A program made the position numbers and the translations under genes. DNA of 45,356 nucleotides from assembly GCA_964195965.1 (NCBI GenBank), contig CAXMRF010000005.1, positions 1 to 45,356 of the forward strand, read 5' to 3'. Below, one piece after another: positions 19,430-27,941 of the stretch. How positions within the stretch are numbered: position 1 is the stretch's first letter; the number at the start of each line of letters is the position of its first letter. The notes under the pieces were generated by a model. The model was not told the origin of the DNA, did no database searches, and saw only the letters and a program-made list of their open reading frames with translations. This stretch comes from an uncultured Nitrosomonadaceae bacterium (lineage in GTDB: Bacteria; Chloroflexota; Anaerolineae; Anaerolineales; UBA11858).

Positions 19430-22400
19430 ATGGCTATAAAAAAGGCGCCAAACGAAGTTGATTTCATCAAACAAGAGCATCAAACCCTGAAATTCTGGGA
19501 CCAGATTGATGCCTTTCAGACCCAACGGGATCTACATAAAGGCGATCCCACCTGGTCATTTATCGATGGGCCCATTACCGCCAATAACCCCATGGGGGTT
19601 CATCACGGGTGGGGGCGGACCTATAAAGACCTCTTTAATCGTTTCTGGACCATGAAAGGGCGGGAACTCCGCTACCAGAATGGTTTTGACTGCCAGGGTT
19701 TATGGGTGGAAGTAGAAGTTGAAAAGGAAAAAGGTTTTAAATCCAAAAAGGATATTGAAAGTTATGGGCTGGCAAAATTTGTCCGGGAATGCAAAGCCCG
19801 GGTGCTTAAATATGCGGCAGTCCAGACCGAACAATCAATCAGGCTGGGATACTGGATGGATTGGAACAAACCTGATCATTTACGCGATCTGGCTGAAAAG
19901 CTCCTCAACGATCCTCTAGAAGAAATCACCGTTCCCGGTCCCAAGGGGCCTGTCACCGATACCGTTGAGCAAATTGTCGGCCGGCTGGGTTTACAGGAAT
20001 TGGGCGGATCTTATTTCACCTTCTCCAATGAAAACAACTACATGATCTGGAAATTTCTCAAGAAAACCTGGGAGAAGGGATGGCTGTACCGGGGCGCTGA
20101 TGTGATGCCCTGGTGCCCGCGCTGCGCCACTGCCATCAGCCAGCACGAAATTGTAACCGACGGCTATGCGGAATTAACACACCAGTCAGTAACCTTAAGA
20201 TTCCCCTTGCGAGATCAGCCTGGCGAATCGCTGCTGGTCTGGACGACAACACCCTGGACGCTTACTTCCAACGTGGCAGCTGCTGTTGGCCCGGAGTTAG
20301 CTTATCTCAAAGTCCAAATCTCTCTTCCTGCCCCGAATGAAGGCCAGGAACATATTGTTTACCTGTCAAAAGGAACCGCTGGCATGCTGCGCGGAGAATA
20401 CAAAATCCTTGGTGAAGTCAAAGGCAAAGATATGGAAGGCTGGACTTATGATGGTCCATTTGATGACTTTCCAGCTGCTTTAAATCCCGGTGGAGTAACT
20501 GAATTAAAGGAACTTCAAGAAGGCATTCAACAAAACGCTGTGGAAGCCCACCGGGTAATCCTCTGGGAAGAGGTCGGTGAAGAAGAAGGGACCGGCATTG
20601 TCCATATCGCTCCTGGATGCGGCGCCGAGGACTTCCAGCTTTCTTTTGAAAATACCCTCCCCAGGATTGCTCCCCTAACCGAAGAAGGTTATTTCGTTGA
20701 CGAATTTGGATGGCTCACTGGCAAACATGTCTCAGAAGTCGCCGAAGATATTTTCCACAACCTGGAAGAAAAAGGTGTCCTGTATCACGTAGAACCATAT
20801 ACTCACCGCTACCCCACCTGCTGGCGCTGTAAAACCGAGCTGGTTTTCAGGCTGGTAGATGAATGGTTTATCAGCATGGGTGAAAATTATGATAAACCCC
20901 GCGAAGAAATCACCGCCGCTGAGAAAGAAGCCAGCCTGCGGTACCAGATTATGGATGTCGTCGATCAAATCCGCTGGATTCCTGATTTTGGTCATGCCCG
21001 CGAATTGGATTGGCTGCGGAATATGCATGACTGGATGATCTCCAAAAAACGTTATTGGGGGCTCGCTCTGCCTATCTGGGTCTGCGGCGATTGTGATCAT
21101 TACCACGTGGTTGGCGACGACGACGAACTGAAAGAACGCGCTATAGAAGGATACGAGGCCTTTAAAGGACATACCCCTCACCGGCCGTATGTTGATGAGG
21201 TTATCCTGGCTTGCGACAAATGCGGCGGCAGAATGACCCGGATCCCCGATGTTGGTAATCCCTGGCTGGATGCAGGCATTGTGCCATTTTCTACCCTCAG
21301 TTACCGGGTTGATCCTGATTTTTGGGAAAAATGGTATCCCGCGCATTGGATCAGCGAATCCTTCCCCGGGCAATTCCGAAACTGGTTCTACAGTCTCCTG
21401 GCTATGGGCACCGTACTGGATAGTTCCCCGCCCTTCCTTGAGAACTTCAGTTATGCCAGTTTACTAGCTGAAGATGGCCGGGAAATGCACAAATCCTGGG
21501 GCAATTCAATTGAATTCAACGAAGCAGCTGACAAAATGGGCGTGGACGTTATGCGCTGGCTGTATTGCTCCCACAAACCCGAAAACAACTTGCTTTTTGG
21601 TTTCCATAAAGCTGAAGAGACCCGGCGGCACTTTATCATTCCATTCTGGAATGTATATTCTTTCTTTACCACTTATGCAGAGATTGACGGCTGGAATCCC
21701 GAGATCAAGGATTTTGATCCTGACACTCCTGAAGGCCCAACACCAGAGACGCAAAATCCTTTGGATCGCTGGATCCTGGGGCGGCTCAACCAGACTGTCG
21801 ATCAGGTAGCTCAAGAGTTCGAAAACTCCAATGCCTACAATGCCACCCTTGTTTTTGAGTCGATGTTGGATGACTTGAGCAACTGGTATGTTCGCCGCTC
21901 TCGCAGACGGTACTGGAAAACCGAGACCGATCAGGATAAGTCCACAGCTTATGCCACGCTCTGGCATGTCTTAGTCAAGATGATCAGAACATTAGCCCCG
22001 GTCCTTCCGTTTCTTACTGAACAGATTTACCAGAACCTGGTCCGCTCGGTATATCCGGAGGCCCGGGAAAGCATTCACCATACTCTCTGGCCGGAAGCGG
22101 ACTTTAAAGCCATCGATCAAAAACTGATTGATCAGATGAAATTGGCCCGGGAAACCGCCAGCCAGGGCTTAAGTGCCCGGAGCAACGCGGGCATCAAGGT
22201 CAGGCAGCCGCTGTCCCAGGTTATAGTTTATGTCAAAGAAGGCCGGGCAGAATTAGATGACGAGCTGATAGAAATCGTGCAGGATGAACTAAACGTTAAA
22301 AGTCTTGTGTTTGTTCAGGATGCAAAATCTTTATTAGCTTATAAAGTGCTTCCCAATAATAAATTATTGGGGCCAAAGTACGGCGCTGATTTCCCGAAAG

Positions 22401-22870
22401 TTTCTGCTGCACTGGCGAAACTGGACCCCAATCAGGTTGCCGCATTGGTTAATGAAGGAAGCCCAATTGCACTTGTTGTTGGAAAGGATGAAGTCAATCT
22501 GGCACCAGAAGAAGTACTGTTGCAAACGGTGGCCGCGGAAGGATTGGCCACCGTGGACAGCAAACTGCTCACAGTAGCTATTGATACAGAAATCACTCCG
22601 GCCCTGCGGGACGAAGGCCTTGCCAGAGAAATCATCCGGCGCATTCAGGATTTCCGCAAACAGGCAGATTTTGATATCTCCGACAGGATCATCCTGGTCT
22701 ACCAGGCGACCCCATCCCTGCAGGTCGCGATCGAAGCTCACCGGGTTTATATTATGGAAGAGACCCTGACTGTTGAAATGTCCCAGGCGGATCCTGCAGC
22801 AGGCATGTTCAGCGGAACCGCCAGTTTTGAGGGAGAAGAGACCACCCTGGGGTTAAAGGTTGTTGAATAA
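19430..22870 (+). CDS. ileS: Isoleucine--tRNA ligase, type 2 (IleRS2)
   Basis: DGPITAN, WTTTPWTL, GTGIVHIAPG, DWMISKKRYWG, LSNWYVRRSRRR, EGLAREIIRRIQ; Ile T-box upstream. Confidence 0.97.
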   Translation: MAIKKAPNEVDFIKQEHQTLKFWDQIDAFQTQRDLHKGDPTWSFIDGPITANNPMGVHHGWGRTYKDLFNRFWTMKGRELRYQNGFDCQGLWVEVEVEKEKGFKSKKDIESYGLAKFVRECKARVLKYAAVQTEQSIRLGYWMDWNKPDHLRDLAEKLLNDPLEEITVPGPKGPVTDTVEQIVGRLGLQELGGSYFTFSNENNYMIWKFLKKTWEKGWLYRGADVMPWCPRCATAISQHEIVTDGYAELTHQSVTLRFPLRDQPGESLLVWTTTPWTLTSNVAAAVGPELAYLKVQISLPAPNEGQEHIVYLSKGTAGMLRGEYKILGEVKGKDMEGWTYDGPFDDFPAALNPGGVTELKELQEGIQQNAVEAHRVILWEEVGEEEGTGIVHIAPGCGAEDFQLSFENTLPRIAPLTEEGYFVDEFGWLTGKHVSEVAEDIFHNLEEKGVLYHVEPYTHRYPTCWRCKTELVFRLVDEWFISMGENYDKPREEITAAEKEASLRYQIMDVVDQIRWIPDFGHARELDWLRNMHDWMISKKRYWGLALPIWVCGDCDHYHVVGDDDELKERAIEGYEAFKGHTPHRPYVDEVILACDKCGGRMTRIPDVGNPWLDAGIVPFSTLSYRVDPDFWEKWYPAHWISESFPGQFRNWFYSLLAMGTVLDSSPPFLENFSYASLLAEDGREMHKSWGNSIEFNEAADKMGVDVMRWLYCSHKPENNLLFGFHKAEETRRHFIIPFWNVYSFFTTYAEIDGWNPEIKDFDPDTPEGPTPETQNPLDRWILGRLNQTVDQVAQEFENSNAYNATLVFESMLDDLSNWYVRRSRRRYWKTETDQDKSTAYATLWHVLVKMIRTLAPVLPFLTEQIYQNLVRSVYPEARESIHHTLWPEADFKAIDQKLIDQMKLARETASQGLSARSNAGIKVRQPLSQVIVYVKEGRAELDDELIEIVQDELNVKSLVFVQDAKSLLAYKVLPNNKLLGPKYGADFPKVSAALAKLDPNQVAALVNEGSPIALVVGKDEVNLAPEEVLLQTVAAEGLATVDSKLLTVAIDTEITPALRDEGLAREIIRRIQDFRKQADFDISDRIILVYQATPSLQVAIEAHRVYIMEETLTVEMSQADPAAGMFSGTASFEGEETTLGLKVVE

Positions 22871-22878
22871 GACCATCA

Positions 22879-22919
22879 TCTCAGGATGCGGATTCATTAA
22901 AGGAACCTACATCCTGAGA
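22879..22919 (+). terminator. Stem-loop after ileS (terminator or 3' stabiliser)
   Basis: TCTCAGGATG...CATCCTGAGA; no adjacent U tract. Confidence 0.55.
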
Positions 22920-22943
22920 GAGTTCCCGCATCCTTTTAAAATT

Positions 22944-22952
22944 TGATATAAT
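22944..22952 (+). promoter_or_regulatory. Extended -10 promoter of the tyrS leader
   Basis: TGaTATAAT, ending 7 nt before the uORF ATG. Confidence 0.75.
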
Positions 22953-22959
22953 CAATCAT

Positions 22960-23010
22960 ATGACCTTGAAAAATAATCACAATCAGGTCCTGGACTATTA
23001 TAGAACCTAG
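22960..23010 (+). CDS. Putative tyrS leader peptide MTLKNNHNQVLDYYRT (leaderless uORF)
   Basis: 16 codons with tandem TAT-TAT at 22996-23001; ATG at the predicted transcription start; directly followed by attenuator-like hairpins. Confidence 0.7.
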   Translation: MTLKNNHNQVLDYYRT

Positions 23011-23080
23011 AAGCGCTGACCCGATAAAACAGATCAGTGCTTCTCCACACGCCCTCTCAATCGGGGGCGTGTTATTATTT
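23009..23080 (+). promoter_or_regulatory. Putative transcription attenuator of tyrS
   Basis: Hairpin 23009-23019/23034-23044; terminator 23047-23056/23063-23072 plus TATTATTT; alternative pairing 23013-23025 with 23060-23070. Confidence 0.7.
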
Positions 23081-23109
23081 AGAAATCAATCAAGAATTGG
23101 GAGAACCCG

Positions 23110-24336
23110 ATGGGTAAAAGAAAGCTGACCATAGATGAAGAAGTAGCTTACTTAATGCAAGGAGCCGATTACGGAGACGAGCAGGTAAAACAGGCCATGG
23201 CAGGGGAATTAAAAGAGCGCCTGATTGAAGCCAAGAAAGAGAATCGCCCCCTTAAAGTCTACTGCGGCTATGATCCTACGGCGCCCGATTTACACCTGGG
23301 CCACACGGTGACGATGCGAAAATTGAGTCAATTCCAGGAACTGGGACATGAAGTGACTTTTTTGATCGGTGACTTTACCTCGTTGATTGGAGATCCATCC
23401 GATAAAGACAAATTACGGCCTCAATTAACCCCCGAACAGGTAGCTAAAAACGGCGATACCTATGCAGAACAATCTTTTAAGGTACTGGATCCTGAAAAAA
23501 CCATAATTCGCCATAACGCGGACTGGTTATCCAAGCTGAATTTTGAAGACCTGATCCGGCTGTGCGCAAACTTTACCGTGGGGCAATTTCTCAGCAGAGA
23601 TAATTTCTCAAAAAGATATCACAATCATGACGCAATTTATATCCATGAGTTCTTTTACGCCATCATGCAAGGATATGACGCCTATATGCTTGATGCGGAT
23701 GTCCAGATTGGCGGCAGCGACCAGCTTTTTAATATAGTCACCGCTTCCCGGAAACTGATGGGCGCCCTGGGGAAGAAGCCCAATATCGGCATTACCATGT
23801 CTATCCTGCCCGGCACCGATGGCGAAATCCGGATGGGCAAATCCCTTGGCAATCACATCCCGATCACCGGTGATTCCAAGGATATGTACGGCAAACTAAT
23901 GAGTATTCCCGACAAAGCCATGGGCATCTTCAGCCGACTGGTGACCCGCTGGACTCCAGATGACATTGAAAAATTTGAAGGGGACCTCGCCAATGGAACA
24001 CTTCATCCCAAAGAGGCCAAGATGGCATTGGCCCGGGAAATTGTATCCATCTATCATGGTTCAGATAAAGCAGAAATCGCGGAAGCTGAATTTGTGCGCG
24101 TGTTCCAGAAAAAAGGCCAACCGGATGAAATGGCTGAATATCCGTTACAGAAAGGGCAAAAAATCCTGGATGTTTTGGAAGATGCCGGGTTGGTCGGAAG
24201 CCGCAGCGAAGCCCGGCGTATGCTTCAGCAGGGTGCTGTCCGTCTGGATGACCAGAAACTGGACGATCCCCATGCTGAGTTTCCCGGCACAGGTGTTCTT
24301 CAGGTTGGCAAGCGCCGTTTTATCAAGATCGTATGA
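23110..24336 (+). CDS. tyrS: Tyrosine--tRNA ligase
   Basis: YCGYDPTAPDLHLGH, IGDPS, QGYD, GGSDQLFN, RMGKSLGN, C-terminal S4 domain. Confidence 0.97.
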   Translation: MGKRKLTIDEEVAYLMQGADYGDEQVKQAMAGELKERLIEAKKENRPLKVYCGYDPTAPDLHLGHTVTMRKLSQFQELGHEVTFLIGDFTSLIGDPSDKDKLRPQLTPEQVAKNGDTYAEQSFKVLDPEKTIIRHNADWLSKLNFEDLIRLCANFTVGQFLSRDNFSKRYHNHDAIYIHEFFYAIMQGYDAYMLDADVQIGGSDQLFNIVTASRKLMGALGKKPNIGITMSILPGTDGEIRMGKSLGNHIPITGDSKDMYGKLMSIPDKAMGIFSRLVTRWTPDDIEKFEGDLANGTLHPKEAKMALAREIVSIYHGSDKAEIAEAEFVRVFQKKGQPDEMAEYPLQKGQKILDVLEDAGLVGSRSEARRMLQQGAVRLDDQKLDDPHAEFPGTGVLQVGKRRFIKIV

Positions 24337-24409
24337 TCTATGCCAGTTGTACAACATAGTATTTGCTGGCTAAAACTATATTTTCATGTGAATAAAGAGG
24401 TAAGCCATT

Positions 24410-25123
24410 ATGTCCCTTCATTTTGCTTTTCTTGTATTAGAAGAACATCCCTATGGACGGGAGATGCTGCGAATCCTGCTGGAAAACGACCTGGTACCCA
24501 GCATGATCATCCAGGAAGTATCAACTGTGGGTGATGAAGAACGTGAAAAATTCCTGATGCGTATGGCAGGCCAGCCAGTGCCGCCACGTCTGACGCAATT
24601 GATCTCAGGGAAGAAGATACCGGTATATTGTGTTTCCAATCATAATGACGATACCTGCCAAGAACTGCTTGCCGCCGATCAACCTGATGTACTTGTATTA
24701 GGCGGAACGCGCATCATTAAGCCTAATATCCTTGGGGTGCCGAGGCAATCTACGGTCAATTCACATCCTGGCTTACTTCCCTGGCTGCGCGGATCAGCTT
24801 CAGTCGGCTGGGCTTTATATAAAGACCTGCCGCAAGGCGCTACTGCTCACTTTGTAAGCCCGGGAATTGATCTCGGCGACATTATTGTCTCAAGGCAGCT
24901 TCCAGTCTATCGCGATGATACATATGAAAGCATTAATTATCGTGTAGCCATTCTGTCGGGAGAATTGATGGCTGAAGCAGTAATTTCCATCGCAAATGGA
25001 GAGGCTCCCGGCACACCTCAAGATCCTGATGCAGGGGAGACCTTCAGGGTCATTCCCGATGACTTATTAGAAGAAGGCAAACAGCGCCTGGCAGAAAACC
25101 GTTATTCACATTTCGCAGATTAA
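24410..25123 (+). CDS. Formyltransferase family protein (single catalytic domain)
   Basis: NSHPGLLPWLRG and HFVSPGIDLGDI catalytic N/H/D motifs; no Fmt C-terminal domain. Confidence 0.82.
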   Translation: MSLHFAFLVLEEHPYGREMLRILLENDLVPSMIIQEVSTVGDEEREKFLMRMAGQPVPPRLTQLISGKKIPVYCVSNHNDDTCQELLAADQPDVLVLGGTRIIKPNILGVPRQSTVNSHPGLLPWLRGSASVGWALYKDLPQGATAHFVSPGIDLGDIIVSRQLPVYRDDTYESINYRVAILSGELMAEAVISIANGEAPGTPQDPDAGETFRVIPDDLLEEGKQRLAENRYSHFAD

Positions 25124-25209
25124 AAAATACTGATTATCACCCCGCCTCCTGGATAATCCTGGAGAATTGAGACCCGCTTACCTTAATTAGAATCAAAAAA
25201 GGCCATCCC

Positions 25210-26496
25210 ATGAATCGAAGCACGGACATCAATTACGCTCAACACCTTGATCAAAGCGATCCCCTGGCTCATTTTCAGGATCGATTTGTGATTAACGATC
25301 CGGATCTAATTTATCTGGATGGCAATTCCCTGGGCAGGCTTCCCAAAGCAACAATTCCCCATCTTCAAGATTTGATAGAAAATCAGTGGGGAAATCAGCT
25401 CATCGAGGGCTGGAACCAGGGCTGGTTCGAAAAACCAACCCAGCTGGGATCAAAAATAGCCCAGTTAATTGGCGCACAACCAGATGAGGTTGTGGTTTGT
25501 GATACCACAACTGTCAACCTTTTTAAGCTGGCGGCGGCGGCCTTAAAATACCAGGAGGGAAAGAAGTTCCTGATTAGCGATGAATTTAATTTTCCAACTG
25601 ACCTGTATGCGTTCCAGGGTGTGATAGACCTGCTCGATAAAGGACATCAATTAAAACTAATTCGATCCGGGGATTCCATATCAATTTCGGAGGAAAGTAT
25701 TCAGGAAGCTATCACGGAGGATACCGCGCTGGTTGCTCTCACCCAGGTAGCATTTAAAAGCGCTTTTATGTACAACATCCAGGAAGTTACGGCCCTGGCA
25801 CACAACGCCGGCGCTCTGACACTCTGGGATCTCTGCCATTCTGCGGGTGCAGTACCCCTCAAATTGAATGAATGGGGAGTAGACCTTGCGGTGGGCTGCA
25901 CCTATAAGTATATTAACGGCGGACCAGGCTCTCCAGCTTTTTTATATGTTCAAAAGGATTTACAGAAAAAATTATTCCCCCCCATCTGGGGTTGGTTTGC
26001 GGACCAGGCACCCTTTGCCTTTAACCTGGACTTTGTTCCTGCGGAAAACATCTCCCGCTTCCAGATCAGCACACCTCATATTTTGTCCATGGCCGGCATT
26101 GAACCAGCCCTTGAAATTCTATTGGAAGCAGGGATTGACCGGCTGCGGAAAAAAAGCATAGAACAAACAGAGTATCTGATCTATCTGGCCCAGGAAAATC
26201 TGGTCCCCCTTGGGTTTAAAGTGGGATCACCCCTGGATGCAAGCCAGCGCGGATCTCATGTCTCCTTGCGGCATCAGGAAGCTTATCGAATTTGCCGGGC
26301 ATTAATTGATCCACAACCAGAAGATACAAATCTAAAAGTGATCCCTGATTTTCGCGCTCCTGATAATATCCGCCTGGGGATTGCGCCATTATATACCAGT
26401 TTTACGGATATCAACCGGGCATTAAACCGCCTGCAGAACATCCTTGAAGAAGGAATTTATAAACGATATTCCAATAAACAACTTAAGGTTACCTGA
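25210..26496 (+). CDS. kynU: Kynureninase
   Basis: YLDGNSLG, NFPTDLY, WDLCHSAG, GCTYKYINGGPG, GWF, RGSHVS, DFRAPD.IR. Confidence 0.95.
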   Translation: MNRSTDINYAQHLDQSDPLAHFQDRFVINDPDLIYLDGNSLGRLPKATIPHLQDLIENQWGNQLIEGWNQGWFEKPTQLGSKIAQLIGAQPDEVVVCDTTTVNLFKLAAAALKYQEGKKFLISDEFNFPTDLYAFQGVIDLLDKGHQLKLIRSGDSISISEESIQEAITEDTALVALTQVAFKSAFMYNIQEVTALAHNAGALTLWDLCHSAGAVPLKLNEWGVDLAVGCTYKYINGGPGSPAFLYVQKDLQKKLFPPIWGWFADQAPFAFNLDFVPAENISRFQISTPHILSMAGIEPALEILLEAGIDRLRKKSIEQTEYLIYLAQENLVPLGFKVGSPLDASQRGSHVSLRHQEAYRICRALIDPQPEDTNLKVIPDFRAPDNIRLGIAPLYTSFTDINRALNRLQNILEEGIYKRYSNKQLKVT

Positions 26497-26567
26497 TAAA
26501 CAATCTTAGGACGAAGCCATTTCGGCCGCATATTTCCTGGCTAGTTTTTCGTTAACATTCAACAGGA

Positions 26568-26601
26568 AAACCAAGCCTGGCCTCCCGGCCAGGCTTGGTT
26601 T
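26568..26601. terminator. Bidirectional terminator hairpin
   Basis: Perfect 15-bp stem AAACCAAGCCTGGCC-TCCC-GGCCAGGCTTGGTTT between convergent genes. Confidence 0.88.
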
Positions 26602-26626
26602 GAGATCTTACCTTATATAGCTTCAA

Positions 26627-27502
26627 CTATTGATAGCTGACGGTGCCATTATCATAGATCATCTGCCTCCGCCTGTAAGCCCAGCACATATAGGAAATCG
26701 ACACAAAATAACTTGCTGGAAGCCGGTGCAGATTCTTGATTTTTGTGCCCAGCAGGGTAGTTTTCCCATGGAAACCCATCGGGCCAATATCAAGCTGGTT
26801 CGCCTGGTCTGTGATTTCTTCTTCCAGTGCAGCCAGGGCAAGGTCGGGGTTGGTATCATCCAATTGCCTTCTCAAGACTTCCTTTGAAGCCAAATAAGAT
26901 GAACCCCGATCGCCTCCGATGGCTATACCCAGCGCGCCTGGCGCACAACCTTTCCCCTGGGCTTTGACCACAGCGTCGAGGGTTACTTTTCGGACCCCAT
27001 CCAAATCTCTCCCTGCTGATAGTGAAGTATCTGGCAGTTTATATTGTGTACTGACATTCTCACATCCCCCACCCTTCAGGATTAATTCAATCCCCACTTT
27101 GAGATCATCAATCTCTTCAAAATGAATCGTGGGATAGAATTCATCCCCACTGTTATTCCCGGTATTCTTCCCTGTAAGGGTATTCACAGCATTCGGTCTC
27201 AGATAAGCCTTGTCTGTCGCCTGGATGACGGCATCCTTGATCTGCCGGGTCAATTTCCGGGTGCTCCAACCTTGAGGGTAGGTAACAAAAAACAACGGCG
27301 TTCCTGTATCCTGGCAGATAGGAGTTGAGTTTTCCCGGGCCATTTCAACATTCTGCAAGATGGTATCCAGCGCACCCCGGGCAGCAGAGCCATCAATTTC
27401 CTGCTCTCTTGATTTACGGAGCGTTTCCTCTACATCCGCTGGTAGATCCGTGGACGTTAATCGCACCAATTCCAGGATTTGAGCAGTTAAATCAGGCTGC
27501 AT
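26627..27502 (-). CDS. Fe-S hydro-lyase alpha subunit (class I fumarate hydratase/tartrate dehydratase family)
   Basis: PICQDTG, LRPN, KGGGCEN, GCAP, IGPMG, CWAYRR; start at ATG 27502 after GGAGG. Confidence 0.9.
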   Translation of the reverse strand: MQPDLTAQILELVRLTSTDLPADVEETLRKSREQEIDGSAARGALDTILQNVEMARENSTPICQDTGTPLFFVTYPQGWSTRKLTRQIKDAVIQATDKAYLRPNAVNTLTGKNTGNNSGDEFYPTIHFEEIDDLKVGIELILKGGGCENVSTQYKLPDTSLSAGRDLDGVRKVTLDAVVKAQGKGCAPGALGIAIGGDRGSSYLASKEVLRRQLDDTNPDLALAALEEEITDQANQLDIGPMGFHGKTTLLGTKIKNLHRLPASYFVSISYMCWAYRRRQMIYDNGTVSYQ

Positions 27503-27651
27503 AATTTCCTCCAATTCCGATTTTATTCTAACGTTACCCTATTATAGAATACTCTATCTCAAAACTGGATTACAGTATGAGAAATAATCCAGTGAGGATA
27601 TCTTAAGTCACATCCTCAAAAACGCTCCCGTTCACTTGAAAAATGAAATTA

Positions 27652-27660
27652 TGCTATACT
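27652..27660 (+). promoter_or_regulatory. Extended -10 promoter of the 8-gene operon
   Basis: TGcTATACT 11 nt before ATG 27672. Confidence 0.6.
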
Positions 27661-27671
27661 AAAACTGAGTT

Positions 27672-27926
27672 ATGAAAATTCAAGAAAACAGGGAAAATTG
27701 GATCGAAACGCTGTATAAACTGCGGCTTCAAAACCTCACCGCAACCTTCTTGGAAGCTCTGGGGCCTTTGAATCTGCTTGGTGCCCAGCTGGTATATCTC
27801 AGCCAACCGGTTTTGTCTCCAATTTTCTCTAAAGATCAATCTCAAGACATCGCCAGGATTTTAGAGGACCCCTTAGAAACTGCATCATTTATTAAAGCGC
27901 TTAGAGCTTACGAGCCAACAACCTAA
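27672..27926 (+). CDS. Small hypothetical protein
   Basis: 84 aa amphipathic ORF (LEALGPLNLLGAQLVY) between a promoter and the next gene's GGAGG. Confidence 0.7.
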   Translation: MKIQENRENWIETLYKLRLQNLTATFLEALGPLNLLGAQLVYLSQPVLSPIFSKDQSQDIARILEDPLETASFIKALRAYEPTT

Positions 27927-27941
27927 ACGGAGGAGTATTCT

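Noticed and set aside
20732-21967. Long antisense ORFs inside ileS (213 and 153 aa) and similar shadow ORFs across the window
   Set aside because: They lie fully opposite well-supported genes and show no recognisable motifs or RBS
22940-23110. T-box upstream of tyrS
   Set aside because: No GGTGGNACC consensus or stem I motifs, and the leader is short
27515-27671. Cobalamin riboswitch ahead of the GlmL-like operon; inverted repeat TGAGGAT...ATCCTCA (27593-27618)
   Set aside because: No B12-box motifs and the predicted leader is only a few nt; the 7-bp repeat is too weak to call
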